From: Candidatus Multivorans sp.
Lineage (GTDB): Bacteria > Acidobacteriota > Thermoanaerobaculia > Multivoradales > Multivoraceae
Assembly (NCBI GenBank): GCA_965224025.1
Contig: OZ245033.1
Span: forward strand, 2,944,001-3,008,000
Reading direction: 5' to 3'
DNA: 64,000 nucleotides
The position numbers and the translations under genes were made by a program. Shown here piece by piece: positions 30,074 to 40,558 of this stretch. Every line of letters starts with the position of its first letter. Positions within the stretch are counted from its first letter, which is position 1. Below the pieces are notes generated by a model. It had not been told where the DNA came from. It saw only the letters and a list, made by a program, of their open reading frames with translations, and made no database searches.

Positions 30074-30919
30074 TCATTCGGGTTCTCCGCCCTTCCAGAC
30101 GCCCTTGCTCAAGTGGCGGTACATCAGCTCTTCCGCGAACACCACGCACTTGAAGTCGAGGAGCTGCATGTTCTCCTCGATGCGTCGATAGAGCGGAAAA
30201 CTCACCTTCCACGGGCGCGTGTAGGTCTTGGGATCGGTAATCGTCGCCTCGTAGTGGAGATGGTCCGACCCGGTCGCCGTGTAGCGCTCGAGGACGTGGA
30301 TCTCCTCGCTGTGGTGATTGCCGGAGCTGTCGAGCCAGGTGTCGCCTACCTGGGCGGAGACATCGATCACCAGGGTCTCTCCCTCCCAGTGACCGCGCGA
30401 GTGCCCCATCCAGTTGTCGCCGGGGCTCTCGAAGTCGGGCCGGTTCATGTAGACGATGCGGCTGGCGCTGGCGAACTCGTAGGCGAAAATGACGTTCTCG
30501 GGGCTCTGGATGATCTGGAAGGGGAAGGGCATGTAGTTGGCGCGGGGGATGCCGGGCATGAAGCACTTGATCGCCGGGTCCAGCTTCCACCACTGGGCGA
30601 GGTTCTCCTGCTGCTTCGCCCTCGCCGCCGTGGTGTAGGGGATCCCGCCGCCCTCGACGATGCCCAGGCCCCCGGGGACGGCGCCGAGCGCCCCCAGCTC
30701 GACGATCGGACCGTTGCGGGCGGCGTGGGCCTCGATGTCCCAGTGCGCCGTGGTCAAGGCCTGCCATATTCCGTTCAGGTCCGGCTCGCCGTCGCTCGTT
30801 CGCGGGGCTCGGTAGTCCTGCGCCTGGATCGCCGCCGCTGCCGTCACCGCAAGACCGACTGCGACCGTGGCAAGGAGTCTCGCGCCCCGCTTTCGGATTC
30901 GCACGTTCCCGCCTCTCAT
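30074..30919 (-). CDS. Exported hypothetical protein of the 'ACHEGN' superfamily (variant C-terminus LDFKC)
   Basis: GEPDLNGIW, DPAIKCFMPGIPR, WMGHSRGHWEGETLVID, LERYT, DPKTYTRPW. Confidence 0.8.
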   Translation of the reverse strand: MRGGNVRIRKRGARLLATVAVGLAVTAAAAIQAQDYRAPRTSDGEPDLNGIWQALTTAHWDIEAHAARNGPIVELGALGAVPGGLGIVEGGGIPYTTAARAKQQENLAQWWKLDPAIKCFMPGIPRANYMPFPFQIIQSPENVIFAYEFASASRIVYMNRPDFESPGDNWMGHSRGHWEGETLVIDVSAQVGDTWLDSSGNHHSEEIHVLERYTATGSDHLHYEATITDPKTYTRPWKVSFPLYRRIEENMQLLDFKCVVFAEELMYRHLSKGVWKGGEPE

Positions 30920-31797
30920 TCGGGGTCGGCTTCGGAGGCCGCGGCGGCCTCCCGCTCGGAGACACGAGCGCCGCGCAGGATGTTTGCCATGTTGTAGTTA
31001 CCCTCGTGGCATGCGAACTCGAAGAGCGGCTCGTTCCGCTTGCCCATCGGCGTCCTCACGGTCCACGGCCTGACCCAGATCGGCGGATCGTCGATCGTCA
31101 CTTCGTAGAGCATCGTTTCGGGGCCGACTCGGGTGAACCGCTCGGTCACCACCAGCTCTTCCGAGTTGAGGGAGTGGAACCAGGTCTGCGGGGTCCCTCG
31201 CTGGTGGCTGCCGGCATACCCCTTGGGCAGGTAGTTCGTCGTCTCGACGACCAGCGAATCGCCTTCCCAGCGACCCCGGGAGTCACCGAGCCATAGCCCG
31301 ATCCTGCGATCGGGGTGAGGCGAACCATCGAGGGGGATGACACGCGCCTCGTGATACCACTCCATGACGATGACGACATGGTCCCTGTTCTGGACGAACT
31401 TGTAGTACTGGTTGAAGTTCGCCCGCACGGGCGCCCCCAGGGTCACGCAGCGCTCGCCCAGGGAGCGGTCCTTCCAGGTGTCGGCCGGATGCTCCTCCAG
31501 GTACTGCTGGAGCGCGTCCCAGTCCTTCTGCGCCTGCTCGGTCAGAGCCGGAATGCCGCCTTCGGGCGGGTCGATGACCAGATCGGAGAGTCTGGCGCCG
31601 CCGCGCGTGCCGCCGATCTCCACCCACACGCCACGCAGGTCGGAGTGGCCGTCCACGGTGCGGGGTGCCGTCCAGCCCGCTGGCGGTTCGGGAACCTCGA
31701 CGGGTCCGCGAGCCCTTCTCTGGGCCGCACCGACGCCGGGCAGCAGCAGTAGCAACGCGATCCCCGCCGCCAGGCGTCGCGAAGACGATCGGCACAT
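30916..31797 (-). CDS. Exported hypothetical 'ACHEGN'-family protein
   Basis: DPPEGGIP, LGERC, WLGDSRGRWEGDSLVVETTNY, FEFACHEGNY. Confidence 0.82.
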   Translation of the reverse strand: MCRSSSRRLAAGIALLLLLPGVGAAQRRARGPVEVPEPPAGWTAPRTVDGHSDLRGVWVEIGGTRGGARLSDLVIDPPEGGIPALTEQAQKDWDALQQYLEEHPADTWKDRSLGERCVTLGAPVRANFNQYYKFVQNRDHVVIVMEWYHEARVIPLDGSPHPDRRIGLWLGDSRGRWEGDSLVVETTNYLPKGYAGSHQRGTPQTWFHSLNSEELVVTERFTRVGPETMLYEVTIDDPPIWVRPWTVRTPMGKRNEPLFEFACHEGNYNMANILRGARVSEREAAAASEADPE

Positions 31798-32095
31798 CGG
31801 CAGCCTCCTGCGGGTTCTCGGCCGGTGCTCCCCGTCAGAGGCGCACTCGAAGAACGGCAGTTCGGTTTCCGCGGAGCTGCGCCCTGGGAGTGCGCCTTTG
31901 GTGCAGCCGACCAGCTATTGGATGGCAGTGGGTCGGCCTTTGAGACTATTGGACCTCCCGGCTTCGGTCAAACGCCGTGTGGAGAACGTCATGACCGGCG
32001 TCAACCCTTGATGCGAAGATGCAGTGTCGTTATGCCGGCCTGCAGCGCAGAGTCCCGGAGGCAGCGGGACTTCGCGCGGTTCAGCCATCCTGAAA

Positions 32096-33529
32096 TCAGG
32101 TTTCGTGCTGCGACCGCAGTTCGATCTGCTTGTAGCCGCCGGTTCGCCGGAAGTGGAGGATCAGGAAGAGGAACCCGAGCGCCATGAACGCCGGGACGAG
32201 TGCGGTGGCCTTCAGAGCGCTCTGGCCGCCGTGGAAGGACGCGTCGCGCACGGCCTGTTCGTCGGGGGGCAGGGTGATACTGAAGTCCTTGGCCTTCTCC
32301 ATGACCGGACCGGCCTTGGAGCCGTCGAGGCCCTGGACGGGGGCGAAGAACAGGAAGCTGTTCGTGCCATCAGCCTTGTACTCTTCGTAGACGGCGGGGG
32401 CGTTCGCCTGCAGGTTGTTCGAGGCGTGCCGGTCCTGGAGGTAGCCGATGCCCGGGCCGCCGAGGAGGCCCGCGGAGAGCATGCCGACGCCGCCGACGGC
32501 GCCGAGCGTCAGGGCGCCGCCCTTGGGGAAGCGCTCGGAGACGACGGCCAGCATCGTGGGCCAGAAGAAGGCCTTGCCGGCGCCGTAGATCGTGGCGGCG
32601 ATCATCACGGTGACCGCGCCGGCCAGAGAGCCAAGCGAGTAGAGGCCGATGGCGGCGACGCAGGCGCTCACGAAGAGCAGGCCCAGCGGGTTGATCCGGT
32701 GGACGATCGGCCCGGCGAAGAAGCGCAGCACGAACATCAGGATGGAGGTGTAGAGCAGGATGAAGAGCCCCTTGCCGCCGAGCACCGTGTCCATGATGTT
32801 GACGATCCAACTGTCCGTTCCGAGCTCGACGTAGCCGATGCAGACGTGGAGCACGAGCAGGAAGAGCAGCATGGGCGCCGCGAACTCCTTGACCATGTCG
32901 AGGAACTTGACGCCGGCGGCCGCCGCCTCGGACTTGGGGAACTTCTCCTTGGCCATCATCAGGACGTAGACGAGGGTCGGAACGAGATAGAGCGCGAGGA
33001 CGATCTCCCAGCGCACGCGGCCGATCAGGCCGATGCCCAGGAGAGAGCCGGCGATCAGGCCGGCGGGCCAGCCGGCGTGCAGGATGTTCAGGTAGTGGGT
33101 CTTCTCCTTGGGGTACAGGGTCGCGACCAGCGGGTTGATCACCGCTTCGCAGATGCCGTTCGCGACCGCGAAGATGAAGACGCCCCAGAACAGGCAGAAG
33201 TAGGCCCCGGCGCGGGCGAGTTCCGGGTCGGTGTCGATCGCTCCGTTGTAGACGAAGGTGGCCGCAAGGGCCACGATGACGGACAGCACGTGCAGAACGC
33301 CCGCGCCCATCAGGAACGGCTTGTAGCCGTAGCGGTCGAGGAAGGCGCTGGCCAGGAGAATGACGAGTCCGAAGCCGACGAAACCGCCGCCAGTGATCTG
33401 CCCGAGTTCCGTCTGCGTGAAGCCGAACTCCGTGCCCCACTCCAGGAGGAGGCCGCCCCGGACCGCCGTCCCAAGTCCGGCAACCAGGATGGTGAGGAAG
33501 CTCGCGATCAGTAGCTTGGTTTTGTTCAT
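32096..33529 (-). CDS. MFS transporter
   Basis: Many TM helices, EAVINPLVATLYP, GKAFFWPTML; GGAGG before ATG 33529. Confidence 0.88.
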   Translation of the reverse strand: MNKTKLLIASFLTILVAGLGTAVRGGLLLEWGTEFGFTQTELGQITGGGFVGFGLVILLASAFLDRYGYKPFLMGAGVLHVLSVIVALAATFVYNGAIDTDPELARAGAYFCLFWGVFIFAVANGICEAVINPLVATLYPKEKTHYLNILHAGWPAGLIAGSLLGIGLIGRVRWEIVLALYLVPTLVYVLMMAKEKFPKSEAAAAGVKFLDMVKEFAAPMLLFLLVLHVCIGYVELGTDSWIVNIMDTVLGGKGLFILLYTSILMFVLRFFAGPIVHRINPLGLLFVSACVAAIGLYSLGSLAGAVTVMIAATIYGAGKAFFWPTMLAVVSERFPKGGALTLGAVGGVGMLSAGLLGGPGIGYLQDRHASNNLQANAPAVYEEYKADGTNSFLFFAPVQGLDGSKAGPVMEKAKDFSITLPPDEQAVRDASFHGGQSALKATALVPAFMALGFLFLILHFRRTGGYKQIELRSQHET

Positions 33530-33563
33530 TGGCCCTCCTGAAGCCGGTCCGTTGGTTTGGGTC

Positions 33564-34682
33564 TTACGTTCCGAGCGTGAAGCGGGGTAGCCGGACGATC
33601 TCTCCGCCCTTCGTGGCGGATTCGTGGGCGCAGATGCCGACGCAGGTCCAGTTGGCGCTTGTTGTCGCGTTCGGCCAGGGATCGCGGTCGTCACGAAGCG
33701 CGCTCAGGAACTCGTGGACGAGGTGCGGGTGCGAGCCGCCGTGGCCGCCGCCCTGGATGAAGGAGAGATGCTCCGCGTCGTGGATCTCCTGCGGCAGGGT
33801 GAAGTGGCGGAGCTCCTCTGGCAGCAGGTGCGCGTAGTCCGGCACCTCGATCTTCTCGGGGATCTCGTGCTCGGGCTTCTTCGCCGTGTGCAGGACGTGT
33901 GGCTCGTCCTCGATCAGCGTCCACTCGAAGCTCTTCTTCGTGCCGTAGACGTCGAAGCTCTCGCGGTACTGCCGGGCGACGTCGTAGAGGAAGCGCCAGA
34001 TGTGCGCGGTGAGCTCGCGGTCCTTGACCTTGATGTGGCAGGTCTCGACGGCGAAGCGGTTGCCCGACTTCTCTGCGATGTCAGAGCGGACCGAGCCGGA
34101 ACCGAAGCAGCTCACGTACTCGGCCAATCCCTCGACGAGGCCCAGGCACGGGCTGACGACGTGGGTCGCGTAGTGCATCGGGATCATCCGCTCCCAGTAG
34201 GACGGCCAGCCGTCCATGTCCTGCGGATGCGAGGCGGCGAGATGCTGGATGTCGCCCAGCTCGCCCTTCTCGTACAGCTCCTTGATGAACAGGAACTCCC
34301 GGCTGTAGACGACCGTCTCGGCCATCATGTACCTGAGGCCCGTCTCCTCGACCTTCTCGACGATCTTGCGGCAGTCGTCGACGGTGGTCGCCATCGGCAC
34401 GGTGCACATGACGTGCTTGCCGGCGTCGAGCGCGGCGAGCGACATCCAGGCGTGGTCGGGGATCGGCGTGTTGATGTGGACGTAGTCGACGGCCGGGTCG
34501 GCGAGCACGTCGTCGTAGTCCGTGTAGCGCCGCTCGATGCCGAACTGGTCGCCGACCTTGTTCAGTTCCGATTCGTCGCGGCGGCAGATCGCGTGGACGT
34601 TGGCGCCGGGGTACGCCTGGTAGATGGGGATGAACTCGGCGCCGAAGCCGAGTCCGATCATCGCGACGTTCGTCATGTCCAC
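33564..34682 (-). CDS. Gfo/Idh/MocA family oxidoreductase
   Basis: IGLGFG Rossmann motif, AGKHVMCTVPMA, GGGHGGSHPHL. Confidence 0.88.
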   Translation of the reverse strand: MDMTNVAMIGLGFGAEFIPIYQAYPGANVHAICRRDESELNKVGDQFGIERRYTDYDDVLADPAVDYVHINTPIPDHAWMSLAALDAGKHVMCTVPMATTVDDCRKIVEKVEETGLRYMMAETVVYSREFLFIKELYEKGELGDIQHLAASHPQDMDGWPSYWERMIPMHYATHVVSPCLGLVEGLAEYVSCFGSGSVRSDIAEKSGNRFAVETCHIKVKDRELTAHIWRFLYDVARQYRESFDVYGTKKSFEWTLIEDEPHVLHTAKKPEHEIPEKIEVPDYAHLLPEELRHFTLPQEIHDAEHLSFIQGGGHGGSHPHLVHEFLSALRDDRDPWPNATTSANWTCVGICAHESATKGGEIVRLPRFTLGT

Positions 34683-34699
34683 TTCCTGGGGAACCTGGC

Positions 34700-37600
34700 T
34701 CAGGGCTGCCTCAGGGGCCCCTGAGGGTTCGTCTCTTCCTGAGCGGTCATCAGGTACGCGACGAGGTTCGTCACCTCATCGTCGGTGTACCCATCGAGCA
34801 GTCCCTCCGGCATCATCGAGAGCGGGAAGTAATCGTGCGACTGGATGTCCGAATGCGGGATGACGACCTCGTCCTGGCCGACGACCCGGAGCGTCATGGC
34901 GCGGGCGTCCTTGGTGGCCACGGTGCCCGAGTAGGTGCGGCCGTCCCGGGTGGTCACCATCAGGGTCTGGTAGGCGTCCTGCATGTCGCCGCTCGGGTCG
35001 ATGATGTTCGTCAGCAGGTAGTCCAGCTCCGTGCGGTTGGAACCGGTGAGGTCGGGACCGATGAGGCCGCCCTCGCCGAATATCTGGTGGCAGACGCCGC
35101 AGATCTCGCTGAACATCTGTTCGCCGTGCGCCGTGTCGGCGGCCGCGACCGACTCGTCGTTCAGGATCGTCGTGTACTTCGCGATGGCGGCGGTCTTCTC
35201 GCTGGAGACCCGGGTGATCGGCCCCCAGACCTCGAGGAAGCCGCTGCCGACGACCCGGTGGAGCTGGCGGGCGACGTAGGCCGGCACGTCGCGCCGGGGG
35301 ATGGCCTCGCCCTTGAGCGCGCCCATCAGCACCCGGCCGTAGATGGGGCGGGACGACAGCGTCTGCACCGTGGCGAGCTTTTCGTCCGCGTTGAAGGAGT
35401 CGTAGTGGCCCAGCAGCAGGAACCCGGCCTCCCAGCGGCCGTCGAACGCGGCGTAGGCGCGAATCGCGGCGAGCCGCAACTCGGGTACTTCCAGCAGGGC
35501 CGGGAGCCGCTCGAAGAGCTCGGAGTGCTGCTGGTCGGCGAGGCCCCGGATGGCCCGCCGCCGGTCTTCGGCCGGCGCGCCCTCGTCGTCGAGCGTGGCG
35601 AGGAATCGGCGCGAGACCTCGACGCCGCCGAACTGCTGGTCGACTTCCTCGGCGAGGTCGGCGAGTGCCCGATTCCGCTGCAACTTCCGGTAGGTGGAAG
35701 CCCAGTTCTCCGGCCGGTCGATCTCGAACTGGCCTTCCAGCCCGTCCCGCATGCCCCGCAGAAGGGCCGGCCGGGCCTCGGACCGGTCGTCAAGGGAGGT
35801 GACGAGGAACTCGAGCTGGTTCGCGGCGATGGCGCGGCGCGCGATGTTCTCGGAGAGCATCGGGATCCGGGAGGTTCTGGCGAGCCGGAGCGCGCGCTGC
35901 GGGTCTTCCGGGACCAGGGGTTCGAGGCCGAACCAGATCATCTTGGGGATGTTGTGGTCGTCCGCGTCGTCGCCCTTCATCGCCAGGTGCTCGGCGATCG
36001 GCCAGCGCACGTCGTGCTCGACGCGCTGGAGAGCGGCCGCCAGGTACAGGCGCACGATGGGGGAAGCGTCGCGCTCCGCCAGCTCGACGAACTTCTCGGT
36101 GGCCGCGACAGATGCGTCGTGGTCCTCGGTCAGGAGCTGGATCGCCCAGGCGCGGACGTGCTGATCTTGGTCGTCGAGGGCGGCGGTCAACTGGTCGGAC
36201 GTGAAGCCGCCGGTGACGTGGAGGGCCCACATGGCCCGCAGACGCAGGTCGCCGTCCGGGTTCGACGCGAAGCTCTCGTCCAGCGCGTCGTGAACCGAGG
36301 CGTCGACCTCGCCCTTGGCCGCCCGGCCCTGCAGGACGACTCGCGCCCGGCGCGCGTGCCAGGAACTCTTCGAGAGTTGCAGTTCGACCAGCTTCTCGTT
36401 CGACATCGCCTTGATGTCGTCGAAACGCCCCTCCCAGTTGTCCGCGCGTGACTGCTCGGGAGTGATGCGGAAGATGCGCCCGGTCTCCTTGTGCTGGACG
36501 TCGTTGCCGCAGATGTCCGCGTCGTGCCAGTCGAGGACGTAGACGTCGCCGCCAGGCCCGATCTCCATGCTGAAGCCGATCCACTGCTTGTTGTTGGCGA
36601 GCAGGAAGTCCTCGCCGTGGCGGGCGACGAAGCCGGACCCCTGGGGCTCGAGTTCGTCGGAAAGCACCGCGTGCTCGTGGATGTTCGCCATGAACAGCCG
36701 GCCGTATTGCTCCTCTGGGAAGGCGTCCGACAGGTAGACGCGGGCGCCGCCGTGCGCGGAGCGGTGCCGGTGGTCGACGATCGTGCGGATGTCGCCGTAG
36801 ACGTACGGGTTGAAGTGGCTGCCTCCCTGGCGGTGGTAGATGCCGCCGGGGACGACGTGGAACAGGTGGGGAATCACGCAGGCGGTGATGAAGATCTGGC
36901 CCTTCGCGTCGTAGTCGATGCCCCAGGGGTTGCTGAAGCCGTGGGCGACAACCTCGAACCGGTCCTTCGTCGGGTGGTAGCGCCAGACGCCGCCGTTGAT
37001 GTCAACCCCGTCGGCTTCGAAGAGGTCGGCCGGGAAGGGATCGTTGTGGCCGTAGATCGTCTCCTCGGGACCCGGCTTGCGGATCCTGGAGGGCGTCGCG
37101 AACCCTTCCAGGCCATAGAGCCAGCCATCGGGCCCCCAGTGGAAGCTGTTGATCGTCTCGTGGCGGTCCCGGATGCCCCAGCCGGTCAGCAGGATCTCGG
37201 CGTCGTCCATGTCGGCCACGTCGTCGCCGTCGCGGTCGGGAAGGTAGAGCAGGTGGGGCGGCGCGCCGACGAAGACGCCGTCGAAGCCGACCGCGAGCGC
37301 CGCCGGGAACGGGATGCCCTCCGCGAAGACCTTCTTACTATCGGCCTCGCCGTCCCGATCGGTGTCCTCCAGGATAAGAATGCGGCTGTCGCCCGAGCCG
37401 GAGAAGCCTCTGCCGCGGGTTTCGTAGTCGCGGTTCTCGGCGATCCACATGCGGCCGCGGTCGTCCCAGGCGAAGGCCATCGGCTGTGTGATCATCGGCT
37501 CCGAGGCCCAGGCGTTGACCTGGAAGCCGTCGCGCGCCGTCATCGCATCGACCGCCTCTTCCGGGGTCAGGAACTTCTCCTGCTTCGCCTCCTGCTGGGC

Positions 37601-38653
37601 AATGCCCCAGAGCGACGCCGTGGAGTAGGCGTCTTCGGCCGCGCCCGTGTACTCGTGCCAGTCCTCCGTGAGTTCGAGATCGTTGAGTTCGCCCGTGTAG
37701 ACGATGAGCCGGTGGCGGATGACCTCGGTCGCACCCTCGGGGATGTGCCAGTCGCCCATCCGCGCCCGCGTCGGGCCGACGCCGAGCTGGCCGTCAACGC
37801 GCCAGGTCTGGGGGTAGCCGGCGTTCATCGGGTGGTCGAAGATGGCGACGTGGAGGAAGTCGTCGCGGCCTTCGACCTGCATGCCGACGTCGACCCACAT
37901 CGCGCGCTGACCTTCGGCCTGCCTGTTGCGCTGGCGGGCCGCGTTGACCGCCTCGCCGGGGATGTCCTTGTGCCAAGGCATGCGCAGGAACATTCCGCCG
38001 TAGGACATCTCGTTGATCGAGGCGTCGGTGTGCGCTTCGCCGGCCCATTCGAGATCGAGGATGAAGCGGTCCTCCTCGGCCCTCATCGTCCAGTTCTGGG
38101 TCTCCGTCATGAAGGCGTTGCCGTCGGCGTCGAGCATCCCGTAGACCGTCTGCCACTGCACCTCGGACCCGGACTCGGTGACCACGGTGGCCGAATCGCG
38201 GCGCCAGTAGTCGCCGCCCGGGTTGTGAAAGTAGTCGCGGCCGACCGCCCTGGCGATGTCCTCGGACTTGTCACGACGGTAGAACCACTGCCTGAGAGTG
38301 TCCTCGTCCATCGGCTCGCCGTTGACCCGGGTGAAGCCCCAGTAGAGCCCCGTCTGGTGGGGGTGGTGCCCCGGGCTGTACTGCGTCGCCAGCCCCTTGC
38401 CGTCGGGTGCTGTGATCGGATGCAGGAACGGCCGGTGCTCGGCGGCGGCGTTCTGGGTGACGATGGGTTCGTCTTCGCCCGCGCGGTAGATGGCGATCGA
38501 GCCGGTCTCCTCGTTCTGGACCGCGCGGAGCGGTACCGCGCTCTCGGACTCCTGGGCTTCCGCTCCGTCGGCGCCGGTGCTCTGAGTACAGCTTGCGCTG
38601 AGCGCCGCGAGGACTAGTGCCAATACGAATGCCGACTTGGCCGGAAAGCTCAT
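34700..38653 (-). CDS. PVC-type haem-binding protein: PmoA-like/DUF6807 N-domain, beta-propeller, HEAT repeats, cytochrome c
   Basis: RPFLHPI..HHPHQTGLYWG..YGGMFLR; FAWDDRGRMW, WGPDGWLY, NPWG; CGVCH..GPDLTG..SMMPEGL; LSASC lipobox-like. Confidence 0.85.
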   Translation of the reverse strand: MSFPAKSAFVLALVLAALSASCTQSTGADGAEAQESESAVPLRAVQNEETGSIAIYRAGEDEPIVTQNAAAEHRPFLHPITAPDGKGLATQYSPGHHPHQTGLYWGFTRVNGEPMDEDTLRQWFYRRDKSEDIARAVGRDYFHNPGGDYWRRDSATVVTESGSEVQWQTVYGMLDADGNAFMTETQNWTMRAEEDRFILDLEWAGEAHTDASINEMSYGGMFLRMPWHKDIPGEAVNAARQRNRQAEGQRAMWVDVGMQVEGRDDFLHVAIFDHPMNAGYPQTWRVDGQLGVGPTRARMGDWHIPEGATEVIRHRLIVYTGELNDLELTEDWHEYTGAAEDAYSTASLWGIAQQEAKQEKFLTPEEAVDAMTARDGFQVNAWASEPMITQPMAFAWDDRGRMWIAENRDYETRGRGFSGSGDSRILILEDTDRDGEADSKKVFAEGIPFPAALAVGFDGVFVGAPPHLLYLPDRDGDDVADMDDAEILLTGWGIRDRHETINSFHWGPDGWLYGLEGFATPSRIRKPGPEETIYGHNDPFPADLFEADGVDINGGVWRYHPTKDRFEVVAHGFSNPWGIDYDAKGQIFITACVIPHLFHVVPGGIYHRQGGSHFNPYVYGDIRTIVDHRHRSAHGGARVYLSDAFPEEQYGRLFMANIHEHAVLSDELEPQGSGFVARHGEDFLLANNKQWIGFSMEIGPGGDVYVLDWHDADICGNDVQHKETGRIFRITPEQSRADNWEGRFDDIKAMSNEKLVELQLSKSSWHARRARVVLQGRAAKGEVDASVHDALDESFASNPDGDLRLRAMWALHVTGGFTSDQLTAALDDQDQHVRAWAIQLLTEDHDASVAATEKFVELAERDASPIVRLYLAAALQRVEHDVRWPIAEHLAMKGDDADDHNIPKMIWFGLEPLVPEDPQRALRLARTSRIPMLSENIARRAIAANQLEFLVTSLDDRSEARPALLRGMRDGLEGQFEIDRPENWASTYRKLQRNRALADLAEEVDQQFGGVEVSRRFLATLDDEGAPAEDRRRAIRGLADQQHSELFERLPALLEVPELRLAAIRAYAAFDGRWEAGFLLLGHYDSFNADEKLATVQTLSSRPIYGRVLMGALKGEAIPRRDVPAYVARQLHRVVGSGFLEVWGPITRVSSEKTAAIAKYTTILNDESVAAADTAHGEQMFSEICGVCHQIFGEGGLIGPDLTGSNRTELDYLLTNIIDPSGDMQDAYQTLMVTTRDGRTYSGTVATKDARAMTLRVVGQDEVVIPHSDIQSHDYFPLSMMPEGLLDGYTDDEVTNLVAYLMTAQEETNPQGPLRQP

Positions 38654-38793
38654 GCCGGACTTCCTCCCTGGAACGCGAAGGCCTGTGGTTGAGACAGGCG
38701 GGCATCCTATCGTCCCGACAAATCGCAAGATTGGTCAGGTCTTCGCGCGGCTTCGGTCAGGCGCGGACGGTCTCCGCGCTACAGACTTCCGGC

Positions 38794-40552
38794 ATGGGGA
38801 AGGCTCTCGAGCTGGCCACCCGACTGCTTCGGCACGAGCGGTTGCCGGTGGCAGCGGGGCTGCTGGCCGCGTTGCTGCTGCTTCCGGCACTGTGGGGTGG
38901 CTTTCAGCTCGACGACCACCTCCAGCGCCACCACCTGTTGGGGGCTCGGCGACGATCCCTTGCAGCTCTTCGTCTTCTACGACGGCGACACGGACAGCAA
39001 TCGAGCCGAGATGGAGGCGGGCACGCTGCCGTGGTGGGCGAGCCCGGATCTGCGGCACGCCAACTTCCGCTACCTCAGCGTGCTGTCGATGCAACTCGAC
39101 TATCTGTTGTGGCCCGACTCTCCGGTGCTGATGCATCTGCACAGCCTGGTGTGGTTGGGGCTCTGCGTAGGTGTCGCGGGTGTGCTGTACCGCCGCCTGT
39201 TCGGTCGGGAGGCTCGTGGGGCCCCGTGGGCGGCCGGATTGGCGGCGCTTCTCTACGCGGTGGACGACGCCCACTCCTTGCCGGCGGCGTATCTCGCGAA
39301 TCGCAACGCTCTTCTGGCGACGTTCTTCGGTCTCCTGAGTCTCCACTGTCACGTGAAGTGGCGCGACGACGGGTGGCGTGCCGGCGGCGTGCTGGCGCCG
39401 GCGTGTCTCGCCCTCGCGCTGCTTTCCGCCGAGCTGGGTGTTTCGACGTTTACGCTGCTCGGGGCGTGGGCGCTGGTCCTCGACCGCGGCGCTTGGCGGG
39501 CACGACTCCTGTCACTGGCGCCGCATGCTGGCGTGGCGGTCGGCTGGTTTCTGGCCTATCGACTGGGTGGCTTCGGCGCGCAGGGGTCCGGCGTGTACGT
39601 TGATCCTCTCGGCGACCCCGGCGGCTTCATTGCCCTGCTTGTCGATCGATCGGCGGCCCTGATCCTGGGCCAGTGGACTCCTTACCCCGCGGACTGGGCG
39701 TTTGTCCTCGATCTCGGGACGAGTGAAGCTTGGGGCCTGCGTGTCGCGGCTCTGGTCCTGGTGGTCGTCCTTGCCTGGCTCTTCGTTCAAGTCCCGCGCC
39801 GGAACTCCCTCGCCCGGTTCTTCCTCCTGGGGACCGCCCTGTCGCTGGTTCCGATCAGCGCGGTCGGTCCGCAGAACCGACTCCTGTTCTTTGTCGGGTT
39901 CTGTTCGATGGGGCTCATCGGATGTCTTGCGGCGGGTCGTCTCGGTACAGCACGACGAGTGGCGCTCGCCGCGCTCCTCGTGATGCACCTCGTTGTGGCA
40001 CCCGCGGTGGCCTACGTGTTCCTGGACACTCAGGATCGGGCGGCGCGGCGGATGGAGGTCGCGTCGGAGAGCGTGCCCGATGACGCCCAACTGGAACGCC
40101 GCGACGTGATCCTGGTGAACCCGACGGACTCCGTCTATCTGACGACCTCGATCTTCACGATGCGCTGGGCTGACGGACGCACCGTGCCGCGCCGGGTCCG
40201 GGTGCTGTCGCACGGGTCGACGGATGTTCGGGTGGCGCGAGTTGACGAGGCCGTCCTCCTCGTCGAGCCGGACGAGGGCCTGTTTCCCGACCCCTTCAGC
40301 CGCTACCACCGATCGAAGGAGCGTCCATTCCAGATCGGCGATGTGGTCGATCTGGGCGACCTTCGAGTTGAGGTCCTCGGAGTGGACCAGGAAGGCGGAG
40401 GACCGTTGTCGATCCGCTACGAATTCAGCGAGCGCTTGGAGGCCGGGCGCTATCTGTGGATGGTCTGGAACGGCAACCGCTACGAAGAGTGGACCCCGCC
40501 GGCTGCTGGCGAGGAGGTGGTACTGCACTCGCGACCGGGTTCCTTCGAATGA
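38794..40552 (+). pseudogene. Multi-pass membrane protein (possibly GT-C-like), +1 frameshift in G-run 38940-38944
   Basis: MGKALE..LWGGFQLDD switches frame into GLGDDPLQLF..FRYLS..YLANRN; removing one G restores a single ORF. Confidence 0.7.
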
Positions 40553-40558
40553 CGCCGG

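Noticed and set aside
37600-38653. Methane monooxygenase
   Set aside because: The PmoA-like label is only a domain name; no pmoCAB genes or membrane topology
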